Shown: positions 19,182 to 28,679 of the stretch, one piece after another | How the letters are laid out: every line of letters begins with the position of its first letter | How positions within the stretch are numbered: the first letter of the stretch is position 1 | Assembly: GCA_964389365.1 (NCBI GenBank) | Contig: CAYMDO010000009.1 | Span: forward strand, 3,576 to 67,575 | DNA: 64,000 bases | From: an uncultured Syntrophomonadaceae bacterium | Lineage (GTDB): Bacteria > Bacillota > Dethiobacteria > DTU022 | Reading direction: 5' to 3' | The notes under the pieces: generated by a model | Database searches by the model: none | Seen by the model: the letters and a program-made list of their open reading frames with translations, nothing else | Told to the model about the DNA's origin: nothing | Made by a program: the position numbers and the translations under genes

Positions 19182-20687
19182 ATGGCTCAACCACCGCTAC
19201 TCGAGCTAAAGAACTTAAATAAGAGCTACCCGGGCGTCCAAGCTTTGAAGGATGTAGATCTTGAGCTTAATTCCGGCGAAGTGCACTTTTTGCTGGGTGA
19301 AAATGGAGCCGGTAAATCTACCTTAATGAAAATTCTAAGCGGTTCGGTACAAAAAGATAGTGGCAAGATTTTGCTGGAAGGAATTCCTATCGAAATTAAT
19401 AGTCCGGCCGATTCGCGGCAACATAGGATTGCCATGGTTTACCAAGAGCTGAGTCTACTGCCGTCTCTAACCGTGGCAGAAAACATTTTTCTGGGAGAGC
19501 TTCCCCAAAAGGGCTGGAGTAAAATAATTGACTGGAAAAGAATAAACCGGGAAACATTGGCAGCGCTGGAAACTGTTGGTTTGCATATATTACCACAGAG
19601 ATTGGTTAAAGACCTTTCTGTTGGTGAGAAACAACTGGTAGAGATTGCCAAAGCAGTCTCGCGAAAAGCGAGGATCTTGCTGCTTGATGAACCGACCTCT
19701 GCGTTGTCAGGAGAAGAATCTGAAAAACTTTTCGCGTTAATAAAAGATTTAAAGGAAAAAGGTATTGCCATCCTCTATATCTCTCACCGTCTGGCTGAAG
19801 TGCCAACTATAGCCCAGCGGGTTACCGTTCTTCGCGATGGTGAGAAGGTGGGGTCTTTTCTTGTTGGCAATGTTGAAGAAAAAGATTTAATCAGAATGAT
19901 GGTAGGCCGGGAAATTGAAGAAAAATTTCCGAAAGAAAAAATAATAATTGGCAAGCCCTTGCTCGAGCTATTTAACCTTAACTTAAAAAACCGATTAAAG
20001 GATATAAATCTTACAGTGAACCAAGGCGAAGTAGTCGGTGTTTTCGGGTTAATGGGGGCAGGGCGGACCTCGCTGGCCAATGCCCTGTTTGGCATTGAAA
20101 AACCAGACAGTGGGACAATCAAGGTTAATGGCTCTGATGTCAGCATTAATAACCCCTGGGATGCAATCTGTGCTGGTTTCGGCTACATCACGGAAGATCG
20201 CCGTGGCAGTTTGGCCCCACGCATGAGTATAGCGGCTAATATCACTTTGCCCAATCTTAAATGCCTCTTATCTTGGGGCTTTTTGAGTTTGTTTAAAGAA
20301 AAGCTTTTGGTTCAAAACTATGTTGACGAATTGAAGATTGCCACTCCGAGCTTGCAGCAGCTCTGCGAGTGCCTAAGTGGGGGGAACCAGCAAAAGGTAG
20401 TACTGGCGCGTTGGATTTGCGCGAGCTCTAAGATTTTACTTCTGGATGAACCAACTAGAGGCATAGATGTTGGCTCAAAAGTTGAAGTGTACCGCTTAAT
20501 GGGGCAGTTGGCAAAAGAGTATGCGGCCATTTTGATGTTCAGCTCGGAGCTCCCTGAAGTAATGGCAGTCAGCGATCGCATTCTGGTAATGTGTGAAGGA
20601 AAAATTGTAGCTTCTTTCAATCAAAATGAGACTACCCCTGATGAAATCATGTTATACGCTACCGGTAGGAGGAAAAAGTGTGGATAA
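19182..20687 (+). CDS. sugar ABC transporter ATP-binding protein (duplicated NBD, RbsA/MglA/XylG type)
   Basis: Two Walker A motifs (GENGAGKST, GLMGAGRTS), two signature motifs (LSVGEKQ, LSGGNQQK) and two Walker B motifs. Confidence 0.9.
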   Translation: MAQPPLLELKNLNKSYPGVQALKDVDLELNSGEVHFLLGENGAGKSTLMKILSGSVQKDSGKILLEGIPIEINSPADSRQHRIAMVYQELSLLPSLTVAENIFLGELPQKGWSKIIDWKRINRETLAALETVGLHILPQRLVKDLSVGEKQLVEIAKAVSRKARILLLDEPTSALSGEESEKLFALIKDLKEKGIAILYISHRLAEVPTIAQRVTVLRDGEKVGSFLVGNVEEKDLIRMMVGREIEEKFPKEKIIIGKPLLELFNLNLKNRLKDINLTVNQGEVVGVFGLMGAGRTSLANALFGIEKPDSGTIKVNGSDVSINNPWDAICAGFGYITEDRRGSLAPRMSIAANITLPNLKCLLSWGFLSLFKEKLLVQNYVDELKIATPSLQQLCECLSGGNQQKVVLARWICASSKILLLDEPTRGIDVGSKVEVYRLMGQLAKEYAAILMFSSELPEVMAVSDRILVMCEGKIVASFNQNETTPDEIMLYATGRRKKCG

Positions 20688-21726
20688 AAACAAGCTATCT
20701 CAAGATTCAGTTTTGCAGGAAAAGATAAAAGTAAAACTTACCGCAACAGACTATTTACGAAAAGCTATAGCCATGAGCGGGCCAATTATAGCCCTGGCCA
20801 TGCTGATGACTTATTTTAGCCTAGCAACGCCTTACTTTGCCACAGGCGGAAATATAATTAATATCGCCCGTCAATCTTCCATAAACATTATGTTAGCTAC
20901 CGGTCAGAGCCTTGTTATTCTATCAGGCGGAATTGATCTGTCGGTTGGGGCGGTAATGGCTCTGGCCGCATCTGTTTCAACTGTTGCCATGACCTACTAT
21001 GGTTTTAATGTTTGGATTGGCATGTTTCTCAGTATAGCAGTAGGATCTTTCGCGGGATTCATCAACGGATTGGTTATAGCCAAAGGTAAGGTGCCGGATT
21101 TTATAGCTACTCTCGGCATGATGACTGTAGCCCGAGGTGTGGCCTTACTTGTAACCGGCGGCCTTCCTGTACCGTCCCATCGCATTGCCCACGAAATTAG
21201 AGCACATATCCCCGACCAATTATTATGGCTTGGAGGAGGCAAGCTTCTTGGTATACCAACCGCACTTCTGGTAGCAATTGGTATCGTCCTTCTTGGTTGG
21301 TTTATCACACGTTATACGAGACTGGGCCGTTCATTATTTGCTGTGGGCGGGAACAAAGAAGCGGCCCGAGTATCCGGGATAAACATTGATCGTACTAAAA
21401 TAGCTGTCTACACTATATCTGGAGCTTTTGCCGGGATTGCTGCACTGGTCTTAACAGGACGCATGAACTCGGCAAACGCACTAATGGGAGAAGGAGCAGA
21501 GCTGCAGTCGATTGCAGCTGTGGTTATCGGCGGTTCTAATCTATATGGTGGAGAAGGCGGTGTGGGAGGCACCCTGGTTGGAGCCCTTATCATGGGTGTC
21601 TTGAATAATGGTTTAAACCTGATCGATGTTTCTGCATTCTGGCAGAGAGTTATACTAGGTTCAGTGCTTATAATCGTTGTGATCTTTGATCAATGGCGCC
21701 GCCGTCGCCTTGCTGTAACCCACTAA
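20680..21726 (+). CDS. sugar ABC transporter permease (RbsC/branched-chain AA transport-permease fold)
   Basis: GTG start after AGGAGG, overlapping the ATPase stop. Multi-TM hydrophobic protein. Confidence 0.85.
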   Translation: MDKNKLSQDSVLQEKIKVKLTATDYLRKAIAMSGPIIALAMLMTYFSLATPYFATGGNIINIARQSSINIMLATGQSLVILSGGIDLSVGAVMALAASVSTVAMTYYGFNVWIGMFLSIAVGSFAGFINGLVIAKGKVPDFIATLGMMTVARGVALLVTGGLPVPSHRIAHEIRAHIPDQLLWLGGGKLLGIPTALLVAIGIVLLGWFITRYTRLGRSLFAVGGNKEAARVSGINIDRTKIAVYTISGAFAGIAALVLTGRMNSANALMGEGAELQSIAAVVIGGSNLYGGEGGVGGTLVGALIMGVLNNGLNLIDVSAFWQRVILGSVLIIVVIFDQWRRRRLAVTH

Positions 21727-21775
21727 TTAACAGCAGCATATTGTAACTAAGCTAAATTAATAGGGAGGTTCCGTT

Positions 21776-22537
21776 ATGAATTTTAGTGGCAAAGCAGTTA
21801 TTGTTACCGGTAGTGGAGAAGGTATTGGCCGTGCGGCTGCGATTGCTTTTGCCCAAAAAGGAGCCCGTGTAGCGATAGCTGACGCTGCACCTCTGAAGGG
21901 AAAAGAAACTGTTGCTCTAATAAAAAGCAGCATTGGCGAGGCTATATATTTTAAAGTTGACATATCCGATACTGGCAGTGTTAGGCAAATGGTCCGTGAT
22001 GTAAAAAAAACTTTCGGCACTATTGATATCCTTGTCAATAATGCCGGCATACATGCCCGGGGAGATGTAGTGGAAACTTCTGAAGATACCTGGGATAAGA
22101 TTATGGCCGTGAACCTGAAAGGAGTTTACCTTTGTTTGCATCATGTGGTTCCGGTAATGATTGAAAAAGGCAGTGGAACAATAGTTAACGTTGCTTCGGA
22201 AGCGGGAATGATTGGCATAAAAGGACAGGTGGCCTATAACGCATCCAAGGCAGGTGTAATTTCTCTTACACAAAGCACGGCCGTTGATTTTGCTGCCAGA
22301 GGGATCAGAGTAAATGCAGTTTCGCCTGGAACAACAGAAACCCCTTTGGTCTCGAAAATATTGGATGAAGCAGACGACCCGGAAGAAATCCGCAAGAGAC
22401 TTGAAGAATGTCGTCCTTTAAACAGGCTTGGAAAAATGGATGAAATTGCTGCTGCGATATTGGCAATGGCATCAGATGAATTAGGTTATGCCACAGGGTC
22501 TGTTCTGACAATTGATGGAGGTTATACCGCTCAGTAA
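21776..22537 (+). CDS. SDR-family NAD(P)-dependent oxidoreductase
   Basis: TGSGEGIG Rossmann motif, NNAG, YNASKAG catalytic tetrad. Confidence 0.85.
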   Translation: MNFSGKAVIVTGSGEGIGRAAAIAFAQKGARVAIADAAPLKGKETVALIKSSIGEAIYFKVDISDTGSVRQMVRDVKKTFGTIDILVNNAGIHARGDVVETSEDTWDKIMAVNLKGVYLCLHHVVPVMIEKGSGTIVNVASEAGMIGIKGQVAYNASKAGVISLTQSTAVDFAARGIRVNAVSPGTTETPLVSKILDEADDPEEIRKRLEECRPLNRLGKMDEIAAAILAMASDELGYATGSVLTIDGGYTAQ

Positions 22538-22573
22538 TCCGAGAAATAATCGGTTTGCTTCTCGCTGGAGGGA

Positions 22574-23452
22574 TTGAGTATGTTCAACTATGCTGTAAGT
22601 AACTGGATCTTTGGTGGAGAAGAACTGGAGACGACCTGCATGCGCCTGCATCGTTTTGGGTATACCGCTATAGAATTAGTAGGCGAGCCTGAACGATACA
22701 AACCGGATCTGGTAAAAGAGCTAACCTTTAAATATAACTTAAAAGTCTCCTCTGTTTTAAGCTGGTGTCTTTGGCCTTTGGAAGACCGGGATCTGGCACA
22801 TACAAATCATGAATATCGCGCAAAAGCAATTGCTTATATTATGCGCAATGTGGATCTGGCTGCTGAAGTTGGTGCACCGGTTGTGATTGTAATTCCCGCA
22901 CCCTCAGGCAGACCGGCTCCACACCGGAATCCGACCTCAGCGGCAGACTGGCAAAAGGCAGCGAAGGAAGAATGGGAGCTGGCGGTTATTTCTGTCCGAG
23001 AAACTGCTATTTACGCACAGGCGAAAAATATATCAATAGCTGTCGAGCCGATCAATCGGTTCGAGACTTTTCTTGTAAACCGAGTAGACCAAGGATTAAA
23101 TTTTATTAAAGAAGTAGGTTTGGAGAATGTTAAACTTCACCTGGATACTTTTCATATGAATATTGAAGATTCGCATATGGGCGAAGCCATATTGAAAGCC
23201 GGATCACTTTTAACAAGCATGCACCTGTCTGATAGCAACAGGTGTGCTATTGGGCGGGGGCATATTAATTTCAAAGAAATTTTAAAAGCTTTGGCTGATA
23301 TAAAATTTCAGGGATCATTAATCCTGGAGCCTCTTCCTCTTCATCCCAATCCATTCGTTGCTGCCGACCTTGAGGAATATCGTTCAGCATGGGATAGCGA
23401 TATTGAAAGCAGCATCAATGTGCTTAGGAAATTGGAATCGTGCTGCGGATGA
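22574..23452 (+). CDS. sugar-phosphate isomerase/epimerase (xylose isomerase-like TIM barrel; ketose 3-epimerase / IolE-IolI-like)
   Basis: AP_endonuc_2-type motifs (VEPINRFETFLVN, HLDTFHMNIE, LSDSNR..GRGHI). Confidence 0.8.
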   Translation: MSMFNYAVSNWIFGGEELETTCMRLHRFGYTAIELVGEPERYKPDLVKELTFKYNLKVSSVLSWCLWPLEDRDLAHTNHEYRAKAIAYIMRNVDLAAEVGAPVVIVIPAPSGRPAPHRNPTSAADWQKAAKEEWELAVISVRETAIYAQAKNISIAVEPINRFETFLVNRVDQGLNFIKEVGLENVKLHLDTFHMNIEDSHMGEAILKAGSLLTSMHLSDSNRCAIGRGHINFKEILKALADIKFQGSLILEPLPLHPNPFVAADLEEYRSAWDSDIESSINVLRKLESCCG

Positions 23453-23475
23453 AATGAACGATTAGGAGGAATTTA

Positions 23476-25296
23476 ATGTTTAGTGGAGCATACTTGCAGA
23501 AAATCTTGCGGATAAATCTTACTAATGAGCAATATACCGAAGAAGTCGTGCCAGATGAACTTTACCGCAGTTACCTTGGTGGGCGGGGAGTCGCGGCATA
23601 CTACTACTACCGGGAGCTAAGCGCTAATACCGACCCTCTATCTGAGGATAATAAGCTTATCTTTTTCACTGGCTCCCTGACCGGATTACAGCTTCCCTCA
23701 ACCACAAAGTTTCAGTGTGCCACCCGCTCTCCGGAAACGGGTGTCTACCTGTGCAGCAACAGCGGTGGAGAAGTTGGCCCTTATTTAAAACGCCGGGGTT
23801 ATGACGGCCTGATAATTGAAGGGCGGGCAAAACGTCTGCTCTATCTGGCGATCAGTCCGGAAGGGATTGAATTTAAGGATGCTGCCGGGATGAAACAACT
23901 TAAGACCAGTGAAACGATAAAAACAGTCCGCGAACAATTAGGGCAACATCGGGCGGCTGTAATGGTTGCCGGTCCGGCTGCATTTAATGGAGTCCGGTAT
24001 GCTAATATTATGGTTAAAGACCGGAGTTTTGGCCGCGGTGGAGCAGGTGCGGTGATGGCTTCAAAGAATTTAAAAGCAGTAGCAGTCAGCCCCTCTGGCG
24101 AAATTCCGGTAGCTGATGCTAAACGAATAAAGGCCATTAACACAGAAGCTATAATTAAAGCTAAAGAAGACAAGCGCGATCATAACCTCTATGGCACCAA
24201 CCAGTACACCGAAATTATAAACGAGCTGGGCTGTTACTCTGTTAAAAATTTTACCACGGGTACTCTGGAAGGGTACGAGACCCTCAGCAAAGATTATGTG
24301 ACTGAGCATTACAAAGAAAAAAGTATTGCCTGTTTCCGTTGTCCGGTGGCCTGTGCCCAACTATGTGCAGTTAAAGATAGCGGCCCCTACCAAGGGGTGC
24401 GCTCCGATCCTGAGTATGAAACAGTTGGAACCCTGGGCGGAGTGTGCGGTGTAACCGACTTTGCTGCGGTTATTGCCGGCAACTACCTCTGTGACGAGTA
24501 CGGTATAGATACGATGACAGTTGGCGATATTATTGGTTATGCCATGGAATGTTTTGAAACCGGCCTGTTTAACCTTGAAGATACCGGTGGCCTCGAACTT
24601 CGTTTCGGCAATGGAGATGCTATGGTCGAAATGATCAGGCATATTGGTGAAGGCATAGGTTTCGGAGCAGTCTTGGGCAAAGGCTTTCGTCTGCTGGCTC
24701 AAGATTATCCCCAAACAGCCAAGAATATGATGCATGTCAAGTGGATGCCTTTTGCTGCTTATGAACCGCGTGGCTTTTATGGAATGGCTTTAGCCTATGG
24801 CACCTCCAGCCGGGGGGCCTGTCACAACGTTGGAGGTTGGACCATTCGCGATGAACTGCTTATAAAAAAATACGATCGATTTGCCCTCCATGGGAAAGGC
24901 GAACTGGTCAAGCGGCTTCAGGACACGAGGGCTTACATTGACTGCCTGGGTATTTGTACGGTTGTCCGCAGCGCCCTCGGTTTTACCGATACTCCGGAAG
25001 GAGACGTGCTCCAAGCTGCAACAGGGGTAAACTTTACGCCGGAGCTGATAAAGATCGGCGAAAGGATAAATACGCTGGAGCGTATGATCCTGGTTAGGGA
25101 GGGTATTAGTCGCGAAAACGACTATCCCCCGGAAAGGATTTTAACCGAACCGCTTCCCGAAGGGCCGGCCAAGGATAAAATATTAACCAGGGAAATGTAT
25201 GATATCATGCTTGACGAATATTACCGCCTGAGACTCTGGGATGAAAACGGAAAACCTACAGAAAAAGGACTCAAAGCCCAGGAGGTTTTGTTTTGA
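23476..25296 (+). CDS. aor: tungsten-containing aldehyde:ferredoxin oxidoreductase (AOR family)
   Basis: Collinear with P. furiosus AOR (GGRG, GPAAFN..A, GRGGAGAVMASKNLKA, CxxC.xC Fe-S ligands, PEYE, GxCH). Confidence 0.85.
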   Translation: MFSGAYLQKILRINLTNEQYTEEVVPDELYRSYLGGRGVAAYYYYRELSANTDPLSEDNKLIFFTGSLTGLQLPSTTKFQCATRSPETGVYLCSNSGGEVGPYLKRRGYDGLIIEGRAKRLLYLAISPEGIEFKDAAGMKQLKTSETIKTVREQLGQHRAAVMVAGPAAFNGVRYANIMVKDRSFGRGGAGAVMASKNLKAVAVSPSGEIPVADAKRIKAINTEAIIKAKEDKRDHNLYGTNQYTEIINELGCYSVKNFTTGTLEGYETLSKDYVTEHYKEKSIACFRCPVACAQLCAVKDSGPYQGVRSDPEYETVGTLGGVCGVTDFAAVIAGNYLCDEYGIDTMTVGDIIGYAMECFETGLFNLEDTGGLELRFGNGDAMVEMIRHIGEGIGFGAVLGKGFRLLAQDYPQTAKNMMHVKWMPFAAYEPRGFYGMALAYGTSSRGACHNVGGWTIRDELLIKKYDRFALHGKGELVKRLQDTRAYIDCLGICTVVRSALGFTDTPEGDVLQAATGVNFTPELIKIGERINTLERMILVREGISRENDYPPERILTEPLPEGPAKDKILTREMYDIMLDEYYRLRLWDENGKPTEKGLKAQEVLF

Positions 25297-25553
25297 TTGA
25301 TATTTCGGTAAAATATACCGGTCTGATCAGGAGTATAGCCGTCAGCAGCGAAGAGAAATGGACGGTTAAAGATGAGGCCACCTTGGAAGAACTGCTGGTG
25401 GCAGTTGCATCAAAATATCACGTAAAGTTAGATGACAGTGCTAAGTTTATTGTTGTCTATAACGACCATGGTATCAGCTTTGATCAGTGGTCCGAACAGG
25501 TTCTCCAAAATAACGACAAGGTGCTTATCCTGCCATCAATTTCGGGAGGTTAA
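25293..25553 (+). CDS. MoaD/ThiS-family small beta-grasp protein with C-terminal Gly-Gly (AOR-associated)
   Basis: 86 aa ending ...PSISGG. Overlaps the AOR stop by 4 bp. Confidence 0.6.
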   Translation: MIDISVKYTGLIRSIAVSSEEKWTVKDEATLEELLVAVASKYHVKLDDSAKFIVVYNDHGISFDQWSEQVLQNNDKVLILPSISGG

Positions 25554-25555
25554 CA

Positions 25556-26560
25556 ATGGTTAAAAACTCAGTACTGATTACCTCTCGCTCTTTCGCCCAG
25601 TTGGACAATGGGCCGTTAATTTATCTGCAGGAAGCAGGCTGCCTCATAGAGCGAAATAAGAAACAGTTGCACTACAGCGAAGAAGAAATGGCAGAAGCCA
25701 TATCAGGCATTGATGGGCTGCTTGTAGGCCTTGATCCTGTTACAGAAAAAGTACTGGCAGCCGCGCCGAGGCTTAAGGTGGTATCCAAGTATGGTGCCGG
25801 ATTAGACAACATCGACCTGGATGCGGCCACACATTACGGAGTTGTTGTTACCAATACCCCCGGAGCAAATACCGAAGCGGTAGCCGACCTTACATATGGA
25901 TTGATGTTAGCGGTCGGCAGGCGTATTGTCGAAGCGCACGAATCAGTCAGGGCAGGATCATGGGAGTCATTTTTAGGGGTAGATTTATGGGGTAAAACCC
26001 TGGGCATTATTGGCACGGGCCGTATCGGCAGGGCAATAGCTTATAGAGCCAGGGGTTTTAACATGCAGATTCTTTCCTACGACTGTAATCCTGATCACGG
26101 TTGGGCTGAAAACTGTGGTGCCAGCTATGTTAGCCTGATAGACTTAATGCGGCAAAGCGATTATGTAACGGTGCACCTGCCCTTAACGGAAGAAACCAGG
26201 GGCTTAATTGGAAGTGACCTGTTAAAGCTGATGAAACCATCAGCCATACTGGTTAATACTTCCAGGGGCGGAATCGTAGATGAAACAGCTCTGGTAGATA
26301 TACTTAGACAGGATAAAATATTCGGAGCTGCTTTGGATGTTTATAGTATAGAGCCGCTTGAAAACAAAGATATCTTATCTTCACCGAGGCTTATAACTAC
26401 CCCCCACATCAGTGCACACAGCAGCGGCTCCCTTCTCAAAATGGGTATGATGGCAGCAGACAACCTGGTCCGGGTACTACAAAATCAGCGGCCAGAGCAT
26501 GTGGCAAATCCAGCAGTATACAAAACAATCAAGGAAGGTGACCGTGGTGAAGGCAAATGA
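25556..26560 (+). CDS. D-isomer-specific 2-hydroxyacid dehydrogenase (glycerate/hydroxypyruvate/phosphoglycerate dehydrogenase-like)
   Basis: GIIGTGRIG NAD motif and the catalytic R/E/H arrangement. Confidence 0.85.
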   Translation: MVKNSVLITSRSFAQLDNGPLIYLQEAGCLIERNKKQLHYSEEEMAEAISGIDGLLVGLDPVTEKVLAAAPRLKVVSKYGAGLDNIDLDAATHYGVVVTNTPGANTEAVADLTYGLMLAVGRRIVEAHESVRAGSWESFLGVDLWGKTLGIIGTGRIGRAIAYRARGFNMQILSYDCNPDHGWAENCGASYVSLIDLMRQSDYVTVHLPLTEETRGLIGSDLLKLMKPSAILVNTSRGGIVDETALVDILRQDKIFGAALDVYSIEPLENKDILSSPRLITTPHISAHSSGSLLKMGMMAADNLVRVLQNQRPEHVANPAVYKTIKEGDRGEGK

Positions 26561-27566
26561 TCTGGTCGGAGTCGGTGTAATCGGAACCGGGCGGGCCGGT
26601 ATGGTGCATATAGCAAACTTTGCTGAAAATGTGCCTCGCGCCCGTTTGGTTGCAGTATGCGATCTTAACGAAAAAAGTGTGCAGGAAGCTGCCCTTAAAT
26701 GGAATGCAGATTCATACACAAGCCCTGAAGAATTCTTAAAACACCCTTCACTTGATGCTGTGGTTATCGCCACGCCAACCTTTGCGCATGCAGCACTGGT
26801 TATCGCGGCTGCAGAAGCGAAAAAAGCTATTCTTTGCGAGAAGCCCTTAACTATCACAGAAGAAGAAGCAGGGGATATGGATAAGGCGGTAAAGCAAAAC
26901 GGGGTACCCTTTGTGATGGGTTTCATGCGCCGTTTTGATCAAAGTTTTCTTCGTGCCCGGGAGATGGTTGAAAGAGGTGACATAGGCGAACCGTTGATGG
27001 TTAAGTCAACAGGAAAGGGACCGGGTCTGCCTCCCTCTTGGAACCTCGATATTGAAAAAAGTAATGGCATGTTGGCCGAAGTAAACAGTCATGACTTTGA
27101 TTGTGTGCGTTTTTTAACCGGCGAAGAATACAAATGGGTGTTTGCCACAGCTCTTAACAATAAATGCCCCGATTATAAGGCGGAGTACCCCCAATTTTAC
27201 GATACTGCTATTGTCACTTTCGGCATGTCCGGTAAAATTATTGGCACTATCGACGGGGCCTGCCCGGCCGACTATGGCTATGATGCCAGGGTCGAAATTC
27301 AGGGTGCTGATGGTGTTCTTTTCATCGGTGATCTGGCCAAAAAAGGGATTGTGATTGGCCGCAAGGGCAAAGGTGTGGCAGAAGAGATAGTTGATAGCTG
27401 GCGCTCGCTTTTTCGTGAGGCCTATCTGGCTGAAGATCGGTGCCTTGTCGATTGTGTGTTAAAGGGTATAGAATCGCCTTCGACCCTAACAGATGGTTGG
27501 CAGGCGTTAAAGGCGGTTCGTGCTGCAAACCGTTCGATCCGCAGCGGGCAGGTAGTAGAAGTATGA
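26547..27566 (+). CDS. Gfo/Idh/MocA-family oxidoreductase (inositol 2-dehydrogenase-like)
   Basis: GTG start after AAGGAAGGTGA. GVIGTGRAG N-terminal Rossmann fold. EKP motif. Confidence 0.8.
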   Translation: MKANDLVGVGVIGTGRAGMVHIANFAENVPRARLVAVCDLNEKSVQEAALKWNADSYTSPEEFLKHPSLDAVVIATPTFAHAALVIAAAEAKKAILCEKPLTITEEEAGDMDKAVKQNGVPFVMGFMRRFDQSFLRAREMVERGDIGEPLMVKSTGKGPGLPPSWNLDIEKSNGMLAEVNSHDFDCVRFLTGEEYKWVFATALNNKCPDYKAEYPQFYDTAIVTFGMSGKIIGTIDGACPADYGYDARVEIQGADGVLFIGDLAKKGIVIGRKGKGVAEEIVDSWRSLFREAYLAEDRCLVDCVLKGIESPSTLTDGWQALKAVRAANRSIRSGQVVEV

Positions 27567-28645
27567 ACGCAGCAGCAGAAAAAATGACAGCAGCAGTATA
27601 CCGTGACGGGACAATTGAAATTAAAAAAATCCCACGTCCACACCCGGGAGAAAACGAATTGGTCATAAAGGTCGAAGCTGCAGCTATATGTGCTACTGAC
27701 CTGAAGATATGGAAAAGGGGGCACCGCAATATTGCCGCCGGTAGTGCGGCTGTTCTGGGGCATGAAGTGGTTGGCAAGGTGTTTGAGGTTGGCTCAAAGA
27801 TCGACAAAACCTGGTTGGGGAAAAGAGTAGTAATTCCACCCAATGTGGGTTGCGGTGCATGCCCGGCCTGTGAGGTGGGGTGGGATAGTTATTGTCCCGA
27901 TTACAAAGCCTATGGCGTCGGGCTGCCAGGTAGTTTTGCCGAATACATGTTGGTCGGGGCTATGTCAGCCGGATCGGGGCAATTGATCTCTGTTGCGGAT
28001 CATATCCCTACAAAAGTTGCTGTGCTGGCCGAAGCTGCATCCTGCTGCTACCGCGGTTTGCTTGATTGTGACTTGCAGCCTGAAGAAAAAGTATTGGTCT
28101 TGGGAGCAGGCCCAATGGGCATTCTTAGTATCATAGCCGCCGAAGCAATGGGTGCGTCAACTATTATAAGTGCTGATCTCCTTGAAGAACGACGAAATAC
28201 AAGCAAAAAGTTTGGCGCCGTATATACCCTGAATCCGGCAGTTGATCACTTTGAAGAAGCGGTGAAAGAAGTAAGCGGTGGCTGGGGTGTTGATGTGGTT
28301 ATGGTCACTGCTCCATTCGCAGGAGCACAACGCCAGGGCATCATGGCCGCTGCAGTGGGTGGTCGGATTAATCTTTTTGCCGGGCTTTCTCCGGACGATC
28401 GATTTGATGATTTCCCCTCAAACCTCGTTCACTACCGTGGCTTGAAAGTTTTGGGCAGTACGGGGGCCACTTCGCAAGTGATGCAGGCAGTGGTAAATTT
28501 GATGGCCGAAGGGCACCTGGCGTTGCTGCAACAGGCGGTTACGGCAGTTTATGCATTGGAAGATATGGTTAAGGCATTAGAAATGGCCGGAAGTGGTAGG
28601 GAAATTAAGGTTATGGTAGTGCCTGACAGTAAGATGATAGTTTAG
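27563..28645 (+). CDS. Zn-dependent medium-chain alcohol/polyol dehydrogenase (sorbitol DH / TDH-like)
   Basis: ATG overlaps the upstream stop (ATGA). GHE catalytic-Zn motif, structural-Zn Cys cluster CGACPACEVGWDSYC, GAGPMG NAD motif. Confidence 0.8.
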   Translation: MNAAAEKMTAAVYRDGTIEIKKIPRPHPGENELVIKVEAAAICATDLKIWKRGHRNIAAGSAAVLGHEVVGKVFEVGSKIDKTWLGKRVVIPPNVGCGACPACEVGWDSYCPDYKAYGVGLPGSFAEYMLVGAMSAGSGQLISVADHIPTKVAVLAEAASCCYRGLLDCDLQPEEKVLVLGAGPMGILSIIAAEAMGASTIISADLLEERRNTSKKFGAVYTLNPAVDHFEEAVKEVSGGWGVDVVMVTAPFAGAQRQGIMAAAVGGRINLFAGLSPDDRFDDFPSNLVHYRGLKVLGSTGATSQVMQAVVNLMAEGHLALLQQAVTAVYALEDMVKALEMAGSGREIKVMVVPDSKMIV

Positions 28646-28679
28646 CGAATTATTTCCTGATTACATTAGGAGAGGATCA

